A stretch of DNA of 64,000 nt from Octopus vulgaris (Eukaryota): NCBI GenBank assembly GCA_951406725.2, contig OX597815.1, positions 168,392,001 through 168,456,000 of the forward strand, read 5' to 3'. Of the stretch, positions 50,241-63,232 are shown piece by piece. The number at the start of each line of letters is the position of its first letter. Within the stretch, counting starts at the first letter, position 1. The notes below the pieces were generated by a model. That model worked only from the letters and a program-made list of their open reading frames with translations, had not been told where the DNA came from and made no database searches. Both the position numbers and the translations under genes were made by a program.

Positions 50241-51396
50241 AACTCTTTAACATTCAGATTACTCTGCCAAATGTAAAGCTTATTTATTTACAGTTTTGAA
50301 TTAATCAAGCATTATCTTATAACTTTAAGATTTCAATGTTGTTTGTTTAGTTTTAGAATGACATTGCAGGGCAGGTGTGAGAGGCTGAATCTGAGAGGGT
50401 TTGAACATAAAACAAGTAGAATATTTAGCTTAGATATGCTAAAGAGTTAACAATATGTTTGTTGACATATTTTCATTTCTACACTATACTTCTCTTCTGT
50501 CAAACATTGCAAAATGTTACATGAAAATGTACTCTGTTGTAAGACACAAAATCCATTATTTTAAGGAATTGCAGTTTCATTTTATAGGCCATCTTGTAGA
50601 TGTGTACATCTAGCATTGACAATGATTGTTAAAAGTGTATTGTCTCCAGTTTACCTAACATATAGAGTGTCAACAGTACACTTAATCAACTGTCATTGTA
50701 GATACTATTTGGTAAATAGTGGGGGTTTTTTTCCTCAAGAACAAGATTTCATATTTCCTAAGTATAAATTTCTAGCTGACGCTCAACTTTGTGTGACAGC
50801 TGGTTTCAATATGCTGTTTAGATTGAAATACAATAAAGACCACATTATTATTTTTTTTTTTATTTTTACTGTGTTTGGAAATCTTGTTGGATTTTTTTCT
50901 CCTTCTTTTTAACTTTTGAACAACTGAAATTTATAATAACATTTCAGAACTATGGTTGAAATGCCAAATCTGTTAGATCGTCATCGTCGTCATTGTTGTC
51001 GTCATCATCATCATCATTTTAACAGCCTTCACTTTTCTATGCTTACATGGGTCAGTCAGAATTCATTAACAAAAATTTTCTATGGTCAAATGTCCTTTTT
51101 GTCGTCAACCCCCAATTCTTTCTAAGGAAGGTAATATTTCCCTCATGACCAGACAAGTTTTCACGGTAGATAGGAAACGAATGACACCATTTGTATGACA
51201 GTAACATTCGATTACAATTGTTACATGGTGCCAAGACAAGGTGGCACACATACACACACACTCACTCAATCACTCACTATCTGCAAACAAGAAACAGCCA
51301 TAAAGACAAGACAGGCTTATTTCATGTAAATTTTATGTACAATTTTTCATACAGAATACATTCCTTACACGTGTTTTGTTTGCCCGCCATTCTAGT

Positions 51397-51434
<38 letters not shown>

Positions 51435-51797
51435 TATAATTATATCATGGAAGATAGGATGAAAACAACCTGTCTCCAGCATGCTTGAAGAACCAAAATC
51501 TTCAAAAACTACCAAAAACTCCTGCTAAATATACATATTGCTGAAAGCAGGCTAGTAAGAGAAAATTAAAAAACCTCACATTAATTGTGAATTGGTTCCA
51601 ATTTCTGGATTAAAGCAAAAAATAAGCTTTCTTCCTTCGTCAACACACACACACACACACACACGCACGCACCATAAAGGTTCATAAACACGTCTATATA
51701 CACACAAGCACAAGAAAAAACAGGGCTAAGGGTAACAATATATGCTTGGGCGTATATAAACATGTGTATGAACCTTTATGGTGTGCGTGTGTGAGTT

Positions 51798-51857
<60 letters not shown>

Positions 51858-52123
51858 GTGAATGGTGTGGGTGAGGATGTGTACGTTTCAAGTGAGGGTG
51901 GATGAATGTATACTTTTAGGCACACTCACGTGGGTGTGCGGGCGCGCATGTGTAGGTATGAACATGCGCGCTTACGCGAATACTATGAACTTTTTTATCC
52001 CTTTACTTTTACTCCCTCCCCTCACTTAGCAATCATTCAAATAACTCTTTTGTCTTATTAAAGGTCAATCACACAGTAATTTCCCTTTGTATAACTGTCA
52101 TTTATCATAGTATTTCTCCGATG

Positions 52124-52193
52124 GCCGGATAACTGAAGAGATGGTGGCGTGAATTTCCACCTTGGCATCCGAAACTCGGAGTTTTATTATGGC
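52124..52193 (+). ncRNA. Candidate type I hammerhead ribozyme motif in a (TA)n-flanked element
   Basis: GCCGGATAA-CTGAAGA-GATG GTGG(..)CCAC..CATC-C-GAAA-CTC G GAGT-T-TTATTATGGC: both conserved core boxes intact, three helices possible, non-canonical U at the cleavage position. Confidence 0.5.
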
Positions 52194-52292
52194 TACCGAA
52201 TAATTGTCACATAATACATTTACAGATAAATTCCTCTATTTACATAATATCAAGGTCTCTTTCATTCTTTTGTTGTCTTACCAGTTTATCAA

Positions 52293-52333
<41 letters not shown>

Positions 52334-53638
52334 AAAAAAAGTCAAGGTAGAAAATGATAATATATATATATATATTTATTTTCTGAAAAGACAATGGTTC
52401 AGACTTACAATACTTTTGCATAATAGCAACAATATATATATATATATATATAAACACACATGAGATAGTTGTTGTGAAACACTCTCCTCTTAACATTGTA
52501 TTATTCATAGATCTACTAATGATGGGTATATCTTTGCTAAATAGAGACCACAACACAATTTCTTTATAAATTCACAAAGTCTTCGTCAATGAAGAGTTAT
52601 TTTTTCCCTAACAGTTGAGTAAAATATAATACTAAATTTTTCATTGGTCATGAGCGAAGTAATCTCACAGACCTAAAACAATCACTATTATTTCTTATCT
52701 ATGAGAGTCAGCTGTGATCATAATGACTGAGAATGTTAGCATAGTGATCTAGAAATGTATTTTGTAGCAGCTGCAATTAATAGCTCAAAATGCAAGGCGG
52801 CAGCAGTATGAGGAAGAACAACAGCCAAAAGAACACAAACAATTCATTTAACTTTGACAGGGAAGGAGAAAGAGCCTTACGATAATCCATAAGAAGAAAA
52901 AAACAATAATGACAGATTATATTACATGACCAAGGAGAACTTAATTTTTTTCAAGACACTCGTCTCCATGGAAGAAAAACGAGACAGTTCATTTTGGACA
53001 AGTCTACATCATAAATCAAAATATTGCAAATCATTATCACCACTGCTACCACCACCACCAGCATCTATTTATGTCTGCTTTTCCACGATGGCAAGAGATG
53101 GATGGTTTTTCTGATGCAATATTTTACAGCCAGATGCCTTTCCTATGTGTGAACCCTTTTAGTCCCCTCTTACAACTTGCTGGACTATGGTGTTGGCAGA
53201 AATGTTAGCATGCCTGGCGAAATGCTTAGTGATATTTCATCTGCCACTACGTTCTGAGTTCAAATTCCGCTGAGGCTGACTTTGCCTTTCATCCTTTCGG
53301 GGTCGATTAAATAAGTACCAGTTACGCACTGGGGTCGATGCAATCGACTTAATCCCTTTGTCTGTCCTTGTGTGTCCCCTCTGTGTTTAGCTCCTTGTGG
53401 GCAATTAAGAAATAAGAAACGTTAGCATGCCAGGTGAAATGCTTAGCAGTGTTTGTCCCCTCTGTGTTTAGCTCTTTGTGGGTAGTAAAGAAATAGGTGT
53501 ATCCATTCTAAAACTGAGATATACATGGTGGTATATACAAATAAACTTAATGAACATTGTGTGGTACCTTAGGAAAGTGTCTTCTACTGACCAAAGCCTT
53601 GTGTATAGATTTGATAGACAGAAACTGAAAGAAGCCCA

Positions 53639-53692
<54 letters not shown>

Positions 53693-55029
53693 ATGCATGT
53701 GTCTTTGCAACTGTGTTTGTCTGCTGGTACCATTTAACAACTGGTTTTGGTGTGTTTACATCCCCATAACTTCAGCAAAAGAGACTGATAGAGTAAGTAC
53801 CAGACTTAACAAAAAATAAGTACTGGGGTCGATTCAATCAACTAAAAATTCTTCAAGGTGGTGCCCCAGCATGGCCACAGTCTAATGACTGAAACAAATA
53901 AAAGGTAAAGATTCATGAGTTGATGTACCTAACAAGGGAGCCTCTACACAATTACTTGACTTACTAGAAATAGAAGTCAAATCTATCTCAAATGATATCA
54001 TCTTGAAAGAGAACACATTGGACAATATAGTCTTAGATAGGATATGTCTGAAGAACAAAATGGAAGGGTCATGGCTGGGTTGTCTTTAATCTTAAGTCTG
54101 CTCAGATAGAACTGCCTTTGGCCAAAACATCAACGACATAAAATGATGTAACTATTAAGAAAGTAATAAAGAAGAGTGCCTGTTACTTGATACCTCTTAA
54201 CTCTTTAACTGCAAAATTAAATTTCATGGCTATTCCAGTAATGCTGTTAACTATCTACCAAGAAAAAAAAGAAAATAGACTGGGTATTTTCTGCAAGTCA
54301 TTTTGCCTCAATAAACTTGATATATCTCAACAAGAAATAATTTCAAACATGACATTCCTCAACAAAAGGTAGGTTGGTATGTAAAACTGCTTACCACAAT
54401 TAAGGGTAATTAAATTTTGAGCGAATATATCTAATTTCACCAGTAAACCATTTCACCAGTTCAGAAACCATTTAATCTTCGGGACATTCTTAAAGTAACT
54501 TAATTGTTGGAAACTACTGAAAGATAAGGAAAAGAAACAGTAAATAAACACTCAAGTAGAAAGTAGAAAACAGAAATTACTGAGAGTAACAAAGTTTCTA
54601 ATTTCTTCTGATATTTCTAACTTCTAAGTTTCTAATTTCTTTAAGCATCATAAGTAATGAGTATGCAAAAAGCAAAAAGTTCAAGAGGAGGGTATTTTCT
54701 TCCATTCTGTAATCTTTCAGTTTTTACTTTTTCAGCAATTTTTTTCTTCAGATTCATCCATATTTATGAAGAACATTAATGCAAGGGCCATCTTATCACC
54801 CCAGTTTTCTTTTGGCAGTGGGAGGGGACAGTTAGATACATAATCTTTGATGCTTAAAACATACATGCCTGAAAAATTGTGGGTTTTTTTTTTTTTTTTT
54901 TGGTGCACAAAATAATTTCCAACTCTACTTTGAAGGAACACTGTAAAGAATTTAGAGAGTTCAGTTTTACATCAAAGCAAGGAAGGGGTAATCTTAATCC
55001 AACTATAATTATCAAGAAATTTTATAAAA

Positions 55030-55266
55030 TACCTATTTCTTTACTACCCACAAGGGGCTAAACACAGAGAGGACAAACAAGGACAGACAAATGGATTAAG
55101 TCGATTATATCGACCCCAGTGTGCAACTAGTATTTATTTAATCGACCCCGAAAGGATGAAAGGCAAAGTCAACCTTGGCGTAATTTGAACTCAGAACGTA
55201 GCGGCAGACGAAAAGCCGCTAAGCATTTCGCCCGGCATGCTAATGTTTCTGCCCGCTCACCACCTT
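55030..55266 (-). mobile_element. SINE family B
   Basis: Reverse-complement match to 16594-16802. Confidence 0.8.
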
Positions 55267-55519
55267 TTATAAAATACCTGCCCATAACTAAAGGTGTTGA
55301 TGAACTTATTGATTCTTAAATCACAAACCAGGCCTTAAATTTGAGGCAAGAGAATATAGTCAATTATATTGGTTTCAAATTTTGGCACAAGGCCAGTAGT
55401 TTCAGGAAAGTTGGTAAGTTGATTACATTGAACACAGTGCTCAACTGGAACTTGTTTTATCAACCCCAAAAGGATGAAAGGCAAAGTTGAACTCAGAACA
55501 TAAAAATGGACAAAATGCT

Positions 55520-55925
55520 ACTCCGATGTCTGGCAGCTGACTTGGCAGAAACCCATAAAATTATTAACCATCTTACAAACAATAACTCTGAGCACCTTTC
55601 AAAGTCCACCTGTGGACATGTTTACAAAGTCAGAAAACAGCACAGTTCTCATGACTTTCGGAAACATTTTTTCATGCTAAGAGTTGCTGAAGTATGGAAC
55701 AAACTGCCGGCATCAGTTGTTAGTTGTCGGAGCACTGCATCCTTCAAAACTTCCGTGCTTCCTGAGATTCACCAACACTACACCTGATTTTCTCCCCTCC
55801 ATACACACACAAGCATGTATCTGACTCATACACTGTTCACTTTCCAGACATTTGTACATTACTGCATATGCTTTATATGCACTTTTGACAAGTTGTGGTG
55901 CACCTGAGCACTGTATACAAAAATT

Positions 55926-55956
<31 letters not shown>
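55520..55956 (+). mobile_element. CR1/L2-group LINE 3' end with (TTA)n tail, inserted in a family B SINE
   Basis: DL.ETHKII...CGHVYKV...RKHFFMLRVAEVWNKLPASVV...ASFK; SINE sequence resumes at 55957. Confidence 0.75.
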
Positions 55957-57014
55957 AAGCACTTTGCCCAGTGAGCTAACAGTTCTGCCGGCTCATCACC
56001 TTAATATAGTCAGTTATATTAACTACAGAACTTGACTGATACCATACTTTATCAATGCCAGAAGGATGAAAAGCAAAGTTGATTCTGGTGGGATTTGAAC
56101 TCAGATTGTAAATAAATGCAGCTGTACTATTTCTATCAATGCACTGTATAAATATTGAGATGATTTATTGTATGATAATAACCAACATCATTCCAAAGAA
56201 AACCACATTAGCAGATTTAATGACATAATTGAATATGAAACTATGCAGTGAGTCACAAAAAATATTTGTAAAAAATTATTTTAAAGTCTATTTTCTTCTT
56301 GAAAATGGAATTTTCATATTAAAAGGGATTACTTCTGATGGGGAGTAGAACTTAATTCCTTCAGTTTTTTTTTGTGAATTAAAATTTTGAATATCGGTTA
56401 TGAATTACATCAAAGGATTATAGAAGGAAAGAATTGTTATAATAAAAGATACAGTTGCTAGGAATGGATTCCAACATTATCTGGGAATTATAAAGTGGTT
56501 TATATTACTATACAAATTTGTACCTTTTAGAACATCTTTTCCAAAAAAAACCTTTTACATGCAGTACAGCAAATATGAAAATATATGGATTGATTTTTTT
56601 CAGGAGACAGCATCATAGTAATTATTGATCAAGTTAGTTACGACCAGAAATTCATACAGCATAAAGTATCATCAGTGTTGCTGTTATATTGTGCTTGACT
56701 CAGACGTTTGTAATTTCCAGGTTTACATATTACGTAGTATCAGAATAAGTAGGCTTTAGTTTGTAAATGTCAGCTCCACAACACTTTGTGAAGAACATAA
56801 TCAGGTGATTTCAAGAGTCTAGAAGATTCTAACACATTAAGACAGCAAAGTGTTGTGCAAAATGAGATGATTGGGTTTAACTGTTTGGATGCTGACAATT
56901 TGGCACAACTGACTGGATATTCAATCAATTTTGGCGACAATATATATTTTTTTTCTAGTGCTTGAGATAAATAGGCACACATGCATGCAGAAATATATAC
57001 ATACAGATACGATG

Positions 57015-57250
57015 AGTGAGAAAGAAAGAAAGAGAAGGAGAGGGTAGGGACAGAGGAGAGGGAAAAGAAAGAAGAAGAGAGGGAGGGAGAGAGGGAAAAA
57101 GAGAGGGAGAGAGAGGAGAAAGAGAGAAGGGGAAAAAGAGAGAGAGTAAGAGAGAGAAAGCAAATAGAGAGACATTATACATACAAACATAATTAGATGC
57201 TCACACACATAAACAGAAAGAGAAAGCATGAGGGAAAGAATGAGAGAAAC
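57015..57250. repeat. AG-rich low-complexity tract
   Basis: Directly visible. Confidence 0.85.
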
Positions 57251-57538
57251 ATTAATACATCTGATGTCAAATGAGTCAGTGCCAAAGCCACAATGCCAAC
57301 TAGGCAGTGCCAAAATGCTTCACATCCAGTGTTGTGTAAGCATTTATAAAAAAAGCAGAATACAAATCACTTCTTTCATTGCATAGAATAATAATCCATC
57401 ATCATTTGAATGGTTTACTATTCTTGTTATTTTTGCTATTATTAAAGATTTCTCTTAACTGCTACAGACGGTGTATATGCTCCATTTACAGAATTCCATG
57501 CAAATTTGTCTAATATCAAGAAATCTTCTACTCCCTAT

Positions 57539-57799
57539 TGTAACAAGTCTCACTCGCAATTACCCAAACTACTCAGGCAATGATGAGACCCCTTTGCTCA
57601 GCCTGCTTTTGATCTCTCCCTCTGACATTTGGTGCTATGGAAACTTCGTCAGCCAGTGGAATGAAAATGCTCCAAACAAATCCATCAATCTACTGGAAGC
57701 TTCCCTCACTCTTTGTCTTTTGCTAGTTATCTGCTGATATGTACAAATATATAAAATTGTCTCACTGATGTTGAACAATGTGTTATACACCCCACCCTA
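57539..57799 (-). repeat. 3' LTR (57539-57789) and polypurine tract (57790-57799) of the Gypsy element
   Basis: Minus strand reads tagggtgggg then TGTATAACA...TGTTACA, directly downstream of the integrase remnant. Confidence 0.65.
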
Positions 57800-58827
57800 A
57801 TAAGCTATAAGCTATAAGATTGACAACACATATGGTCTTCATGAATATTTTTAATCTACTTAGAGATGTGACTCAAATCAATCAGCTCTTTTTCTCACAA
57901 ACAAAGAACTTAGTCAAATCAAAGTTTAGTTGTTGCTTTCCTGGTTGACAATCTTCAAAGTTAATATAATCGCCAGCTTCTATACTTGAGTACTTGGTCC
58001 TCTGATCAGCAGAATATTTCAAATATTTCATGCTCTATTATCATGATTATCTCACTTCATTCTTTTGTTTGTTACAGGAATTTCATAGTATGTACATTTG
58101 TTAGATAAAAAGTGATTTATGAACAACATAAACAATGTTATCTATGTTGATAAATAAGGAGTGTTCCTGGAGCACAATAAAACTTTTGAATTTCTCTCTT
58201 CCACTATTTGCTGTCTTGATATTATAATTTAATTTCTTTGTCAATGATTACAACAAGTCTTTCTTCTTAAGCATTTCCTTAATGATGATTTAGAGTATAA
58301 CTTTGCATTGTACTCCTCATTGATCTAAATGCTCTTTAAACTCACACACTCACAGTTTATAAACTATGAACCACTCTGAGAAACATTTCTCTTTGGAATT
58401 CCTCAAAATGTAAAAACAAAAACTTTGCATCTAGCCAAACTCTGAATTTTAGTTGATTTCAGGATAAATATCTCTGGTTATCACGATGCTACACAATAAT
58501 CATTAATACTGAGACTCCACTGGATAGCTGACTTTTGAAATCCAGCCCTTCATCTTTTTCACCCAGAGGAGTCCTCAGGTACCTCTCACCTATAAGAGAT
58601 AAGTTTCCTTAGAGTTTTGAAATCTAAATGTAATTTCTAGCATTGTAAATACATTGTTAAGGGTTCCAACAATTCAGATATTTCAAGTCATACATATATG
58701 AAACTATTTCTAAATTTCAACTCTATAACTTTCTTAGTGTTAGGCTACCATACTTTTTAGAAGTTACTTTGTTTTACCCATTCCAACACCAGATATACAG
58801 GCAATGTCAAGTCCTTTTGTTCCATAT

Positions 58828-59194
58828 ACTCTTTTACTTGTTTCAGTCATTTGACTGTGGCCATGCTGGAGCACTGCCTTTAGTCAAGCAAATCGACCCC
58901 AGGACGGTATCTTTTGCCAAACCGCTACGAACGGGGACATAAACACACCAGCATCGGTTGTCAAGCGATGCTGGGGGGACAAACACAGACACACAAACAT
59001 ATACACATACATACATTTATATATACATATATACAACAGGCTTCTTTCAGTTTCCATCTACCAAATCCACTCACAAGGCTTTGGTCAGCCCGAAGCTATA
59101 GTAGAAGACACTTGCCCAAGGTGCCACGCAATGGGACTGAACCTGGAACCATGTGGTTGGTAAGCAAGCTACTTACCACACAGCCACTCCTACG
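58828..59194 (-). mobile_element. SINE family A nested in the Gypsy integrase region
   Basis: Full-length match; Gypsy reading resumes on both sides. Confidence 0.8.
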
Positions 59195-59574
59195 CAAAAG
59201 GAATGATGATTCAGTTTCCTAGTAGAACAGTATTTGATATCTTAGTAATCTCTCATAAGCAAATAAGTTCTAACAGCTAAACGTACCAGTTTGCAGTGCT
59301 TTTACTATTGCTGGAGTCATCAAATCTTTCTTTAGATTTTTGTAACACAATTAGATCAGGTCATTTTAAAAATTGTATTTGCAATTACAAAAATCAACAT
59401 ATCATTAACAATGATTGACCTCATAAACATACTCTGTTGTTATTTGGTTGCTGTGACAGTATATTTGCAGGTCTGTAGATGCCTTTTATGAACTATAATT
59501 AGCAATCATAGAACATCGCTCTAAGCCCTCAACAAAGTATCCTCAGTAAAGGCTTTTCTTTTTTACTCAATAAT

Positions 59575-60012
59575 ACTGTTTTCAAATTCTGGCAAAAAGC
59601 CCAGTAATTTCAAGGGAGAGGCTAAGTCAATTATATCAACCCCAGTGCTCAATTGGTACTTATTTTATCAACCCCAAAAGAACATAAGACAAAACTGACC
59701 TCAGTAGTATTTGAACTCGGAATGTAAAGATGAATAAAATATCACTAAGCATTTTGCCCTGTGTGCTAACAATTCTGCCAACTCACCACCTTACATTTCA
59801 CTAAATAATACTGATTTCAAATTTTGGCACAAGGCCAGTAATTTCAGGAGAGTGGGATAAGTCAATTACATCAACCCAGTGCTTGACTGGTACTTATTTT
59901 ATTAATCCCAGATGGATCAACCTCAGCAGAATTTGAACTCAGAACATAAAAATGAATGAAATTCGGCTAAGCATTTTGCCATACATGCTAATGATTCTGC
60001 CTGCTTGCCACT
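59575..60012 (-). mobile_element. Two tandem family B-related SINEs nested in Gypsy RNase H
   Basis: Same unit as in the 20335-21472 array. Confidence 0.7.
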
Positions 60013-60296
60013 TTATTTTTCCATAAATAATATTAATAATTGTTAATAATAAATAGTCACTAAAATTGTTGAATGTTCTTCCACATTCCATAGCAAAGCC
60101 TTCTTATTAAGCCTGGCTATATCATTGTTCAACTTTTGAAAGTGTATTGGATGCATAGAGAATAACATGACATTTACCTTTGTCATTTAATGTTGTACCC
60201 CGGAGTGATTCACTGTTGTACTAATCAAACAGGACTGTCATCAACAGAGAGAATCTTTCCATCTGATGTCAAAGAGCAATAATATTCATCATCATT

Positions 60297-60332
<36 letters not shown>

Positions 60333-60515
60333 GCCATCATCATTTAACTTCCCATTGCCAGCCCTCACCTGTTTCCAAGAAAGGTAATATTTCTTCATTG
60401 CTGAACATGTTTTCATAGAAATTTACGCCCAAAGAACACTGCATGTATGACAGTGACTTATTTACAACAATAATGTGACATCAGGACAAGCACACATACA
60501 TACAGACACATATAT

Positions 60516-60566
<51 letters not shown>

Positions 60567-62324
60567 TATATACATATATAAAATGAATATAACAGCATGT
60601 GTGTTTTAAATGTTTAAATAGCCATTACAACACTTTCACATTGCTATTGATGGGCTTCTTTCAGTTTTCATCTACCAAATTCACTCAAAGACTTTGGTCA
60701 ATCCCAGACTATAATAGAAGACACTTGTCCAAGATGCCATGCAATGAGACTGAACCTGGAACCAAATGGTTGAAAAGCAAGCTTCTTAACCACACAGTCA
60801 CACCAAAAACAATATATAATCTAATAAAGTTTTCCAGCACTTCATGAAAACCAGGTTTTGGATATCATCTTCTTCAAAAAGTTATATTTGTTCAGCATAA
60901 GACCACACCCAAATGATTATAACCAACTGAATCCCACAATGTATAGCCATCAACTTCTTTCAATGTTATCCAGTTTTAATAAATATTTAGTTTCTCCTAA
61001 ATGTTTCTTTACATCAAATATAATTCACATCACAGGTTGTATTACCGGTTTTACATGATGACTGACTGATAATTTTAACATAAAGTCTTTATTTTATCAA
61101 TGCCTTTGAACACTTCAGGTAATTGTTTGCTAATTGAATTATGTTTTGATACTGAGCGGATATTGATGTAGTTTTATTTTAATCAATCCAATGTCATGAC
61201 CCAATAAACATCCACCAGTTATATAGATTTAGTTACAAATATCTCATGAATGACATGAATTGAACTAATTTCAAGTGTAGTGTGACATGAATAACTTCAT
61301 GTAATGCTAGAGGTGCAATTGAGCCACAGACAAATATCTTGTTTTGTGTAATTGAACGATTGTTTCAGAATTCAATACTATGGTTTTATTAAACATTGCT
61401 TTATCAATTAAATATCATGTTGCTCTGGAATCAATAATGAATATATTTGACTGCACCATCAACTTTTAATTATTGTTAAGTTGATCACCAGCCTTAGTCT
61501 GAAATATAAATTCATTGTTGCTGAGTGTCAGTACTTTGTTATGTGTCTTATAATACTTTCTACTTTAAATATAAGGCCTTAAATTTTAGGGGTAAGAGTT
61601 AGTCGATTACACTGCTCCCACTGCTCAACTGGAATGGCTCAGTGGTTAGAGTGTCAGGTTCACAGTCATGAGGGAGTGAGTTCAATTCCCAGACTGAGCT
61701 GTGTGTTGTGTTCTTGAGCAAGACATATTATTTCCCATTGTTCCAGTTCACTGAGCTGTAGAAATGAGTTCTAACATCACTGGTGCCAAACTGTATCGAC
61801 CTTTGCCTTTCCCTTCGATAATATCGATGGCATGGAGAAGGGAGGCTGATATGCATGGGTGACATGCTGGTCTTCCATAAACAACCTTGCCACGACTTGA
61901 ACCTTGAAGGATAACTTTCTAGGTACAATCCCATGGTCATTCACGACTAAAGGGTGTCTTTACCTTTTACTTATTTTATTGAAAAGATGAAAGGTGATGT
62001 TGATCCTGGTGCTAATGATTCTGCCAGCTTACTGCCTTTATGTGACTTAAAATAACTGATCTTCACACTGGCATGAGCAGGAGTGTTACTCAAGTTCAGA
62101 AACTGAGAAAATGAGGTTTCCTCAATTTTCACACGCTTAAGAAATGGCTGATATGTTTTAACGAGTTTACAGATTTCTCCTTGCCAACCAACATATAGAA
62201 TTAGAAGTTATGAAATTCAAAATCAACTACATAGTAGAGCATTCATCATGAATTAATACTAACTAATAAAATTGATCTTACTTTCATTTTAAGTAACATG
62301 CAGGTGTTACGGTCGTTTAGAGAA

Positions 62325-62736
62325 TGCGCGAGCTAAGACTATGCGCCTTCACTAGTCAGTTAACGTGAGACAGTGTCACGTGACAACTTGCTGGGGCTGC
62401 CTGCGGGAGCCTAGCAGCAGGTATTTAAAGGGAAAAATTTGACAAGTCAGTCAGTCACCGGCTGACACTTGCTGACGATACATCGAAGAGGCCAGGGAAC
62501 AGAAGAAAGAAGAAGAAAGAAGACATGCACCCAACACCAGAGCTGAAGACACCTCTGAAAGCGGAGGGGCCTGCCACATCAAAACGGTAGAGAAGTAGGG
62601 GCTGAAACCGGACGTGGTTCCTCTTGATGATGTCTGGAGCTAACTGGATCCTATAAAGGAGCTTTTGTGGTAGCAGACCATGAAACATGGTTGTATTTCT
62701 TCTTCTATGTGTCTTGGCCATTGTTCAACTAGAACA
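62325..62736 (+). mobile_element. LTR-like GC-rich island nested in the Gypsy gag region
   Basis: Starts TGTTAC, TATA-like gtatttaaag at 62421, abrupt GC shift; 3' end and TSD not clear. Confidence 0.4.
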
Positions 62737-63012
62737 TATATACAGCAGCTGAATCTGCCTCAAAATGCACTTTACCATCATAATGGTTTCACATTTTGGC
62801 ACAAAGCCAGTAATTTCGTGGACTGGAGGAGTTAGTTGATTCCATTGATCCTTGTGCTTGACTGGTATTTATTTTATCAAACCTCAAAAGATAAAAAGTA
62901 AAGTCAACCTATGCAGCATTTGAAAGGATACACTGGATGATATCGCATGCCTGAAAGAAAAAACAGAAGACCCGGTCATAGCTGAAATACTCTTGATCAT
63001 AGATCTGCTTAA

Positions 63013-63232
63013 CCCTTTAGCATTTAAACCAGCTATATCTGGGCCAAATATTCTACCCATTTTATGTTCAAACTGGCTACAACTGGCCTCTTACACCTAC
63101 CCTATGTTGTCACTTCAAAAATATATTATCACATCATGGAAATCTCAAAGCTACAAGATAATGCATGGTTAATTCAAAATGATGTGAATAAATGAACGTT
63201 ATATTTGAAAAAGTAATCTGAATGCTAAAGGA
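63013..63232. mobile_element. piggyBac-type (TTAA) MITE
   Basis: ttaa|ccctttagcatt...aatgctaaagga|ttaa; same family as 22729-22948. Confidence 0.7.

Noticed and set aside
49881-50276. 131-aa ORF
   Set aside because: Lies in an LTR-like island; no protein motif.
56560-56600. INPYIF resembling a GPCR TM7 NPxxY motif (minus strand)
   Set aside because: Upstream frame is full of stops and shows no other transmembrane motifs.
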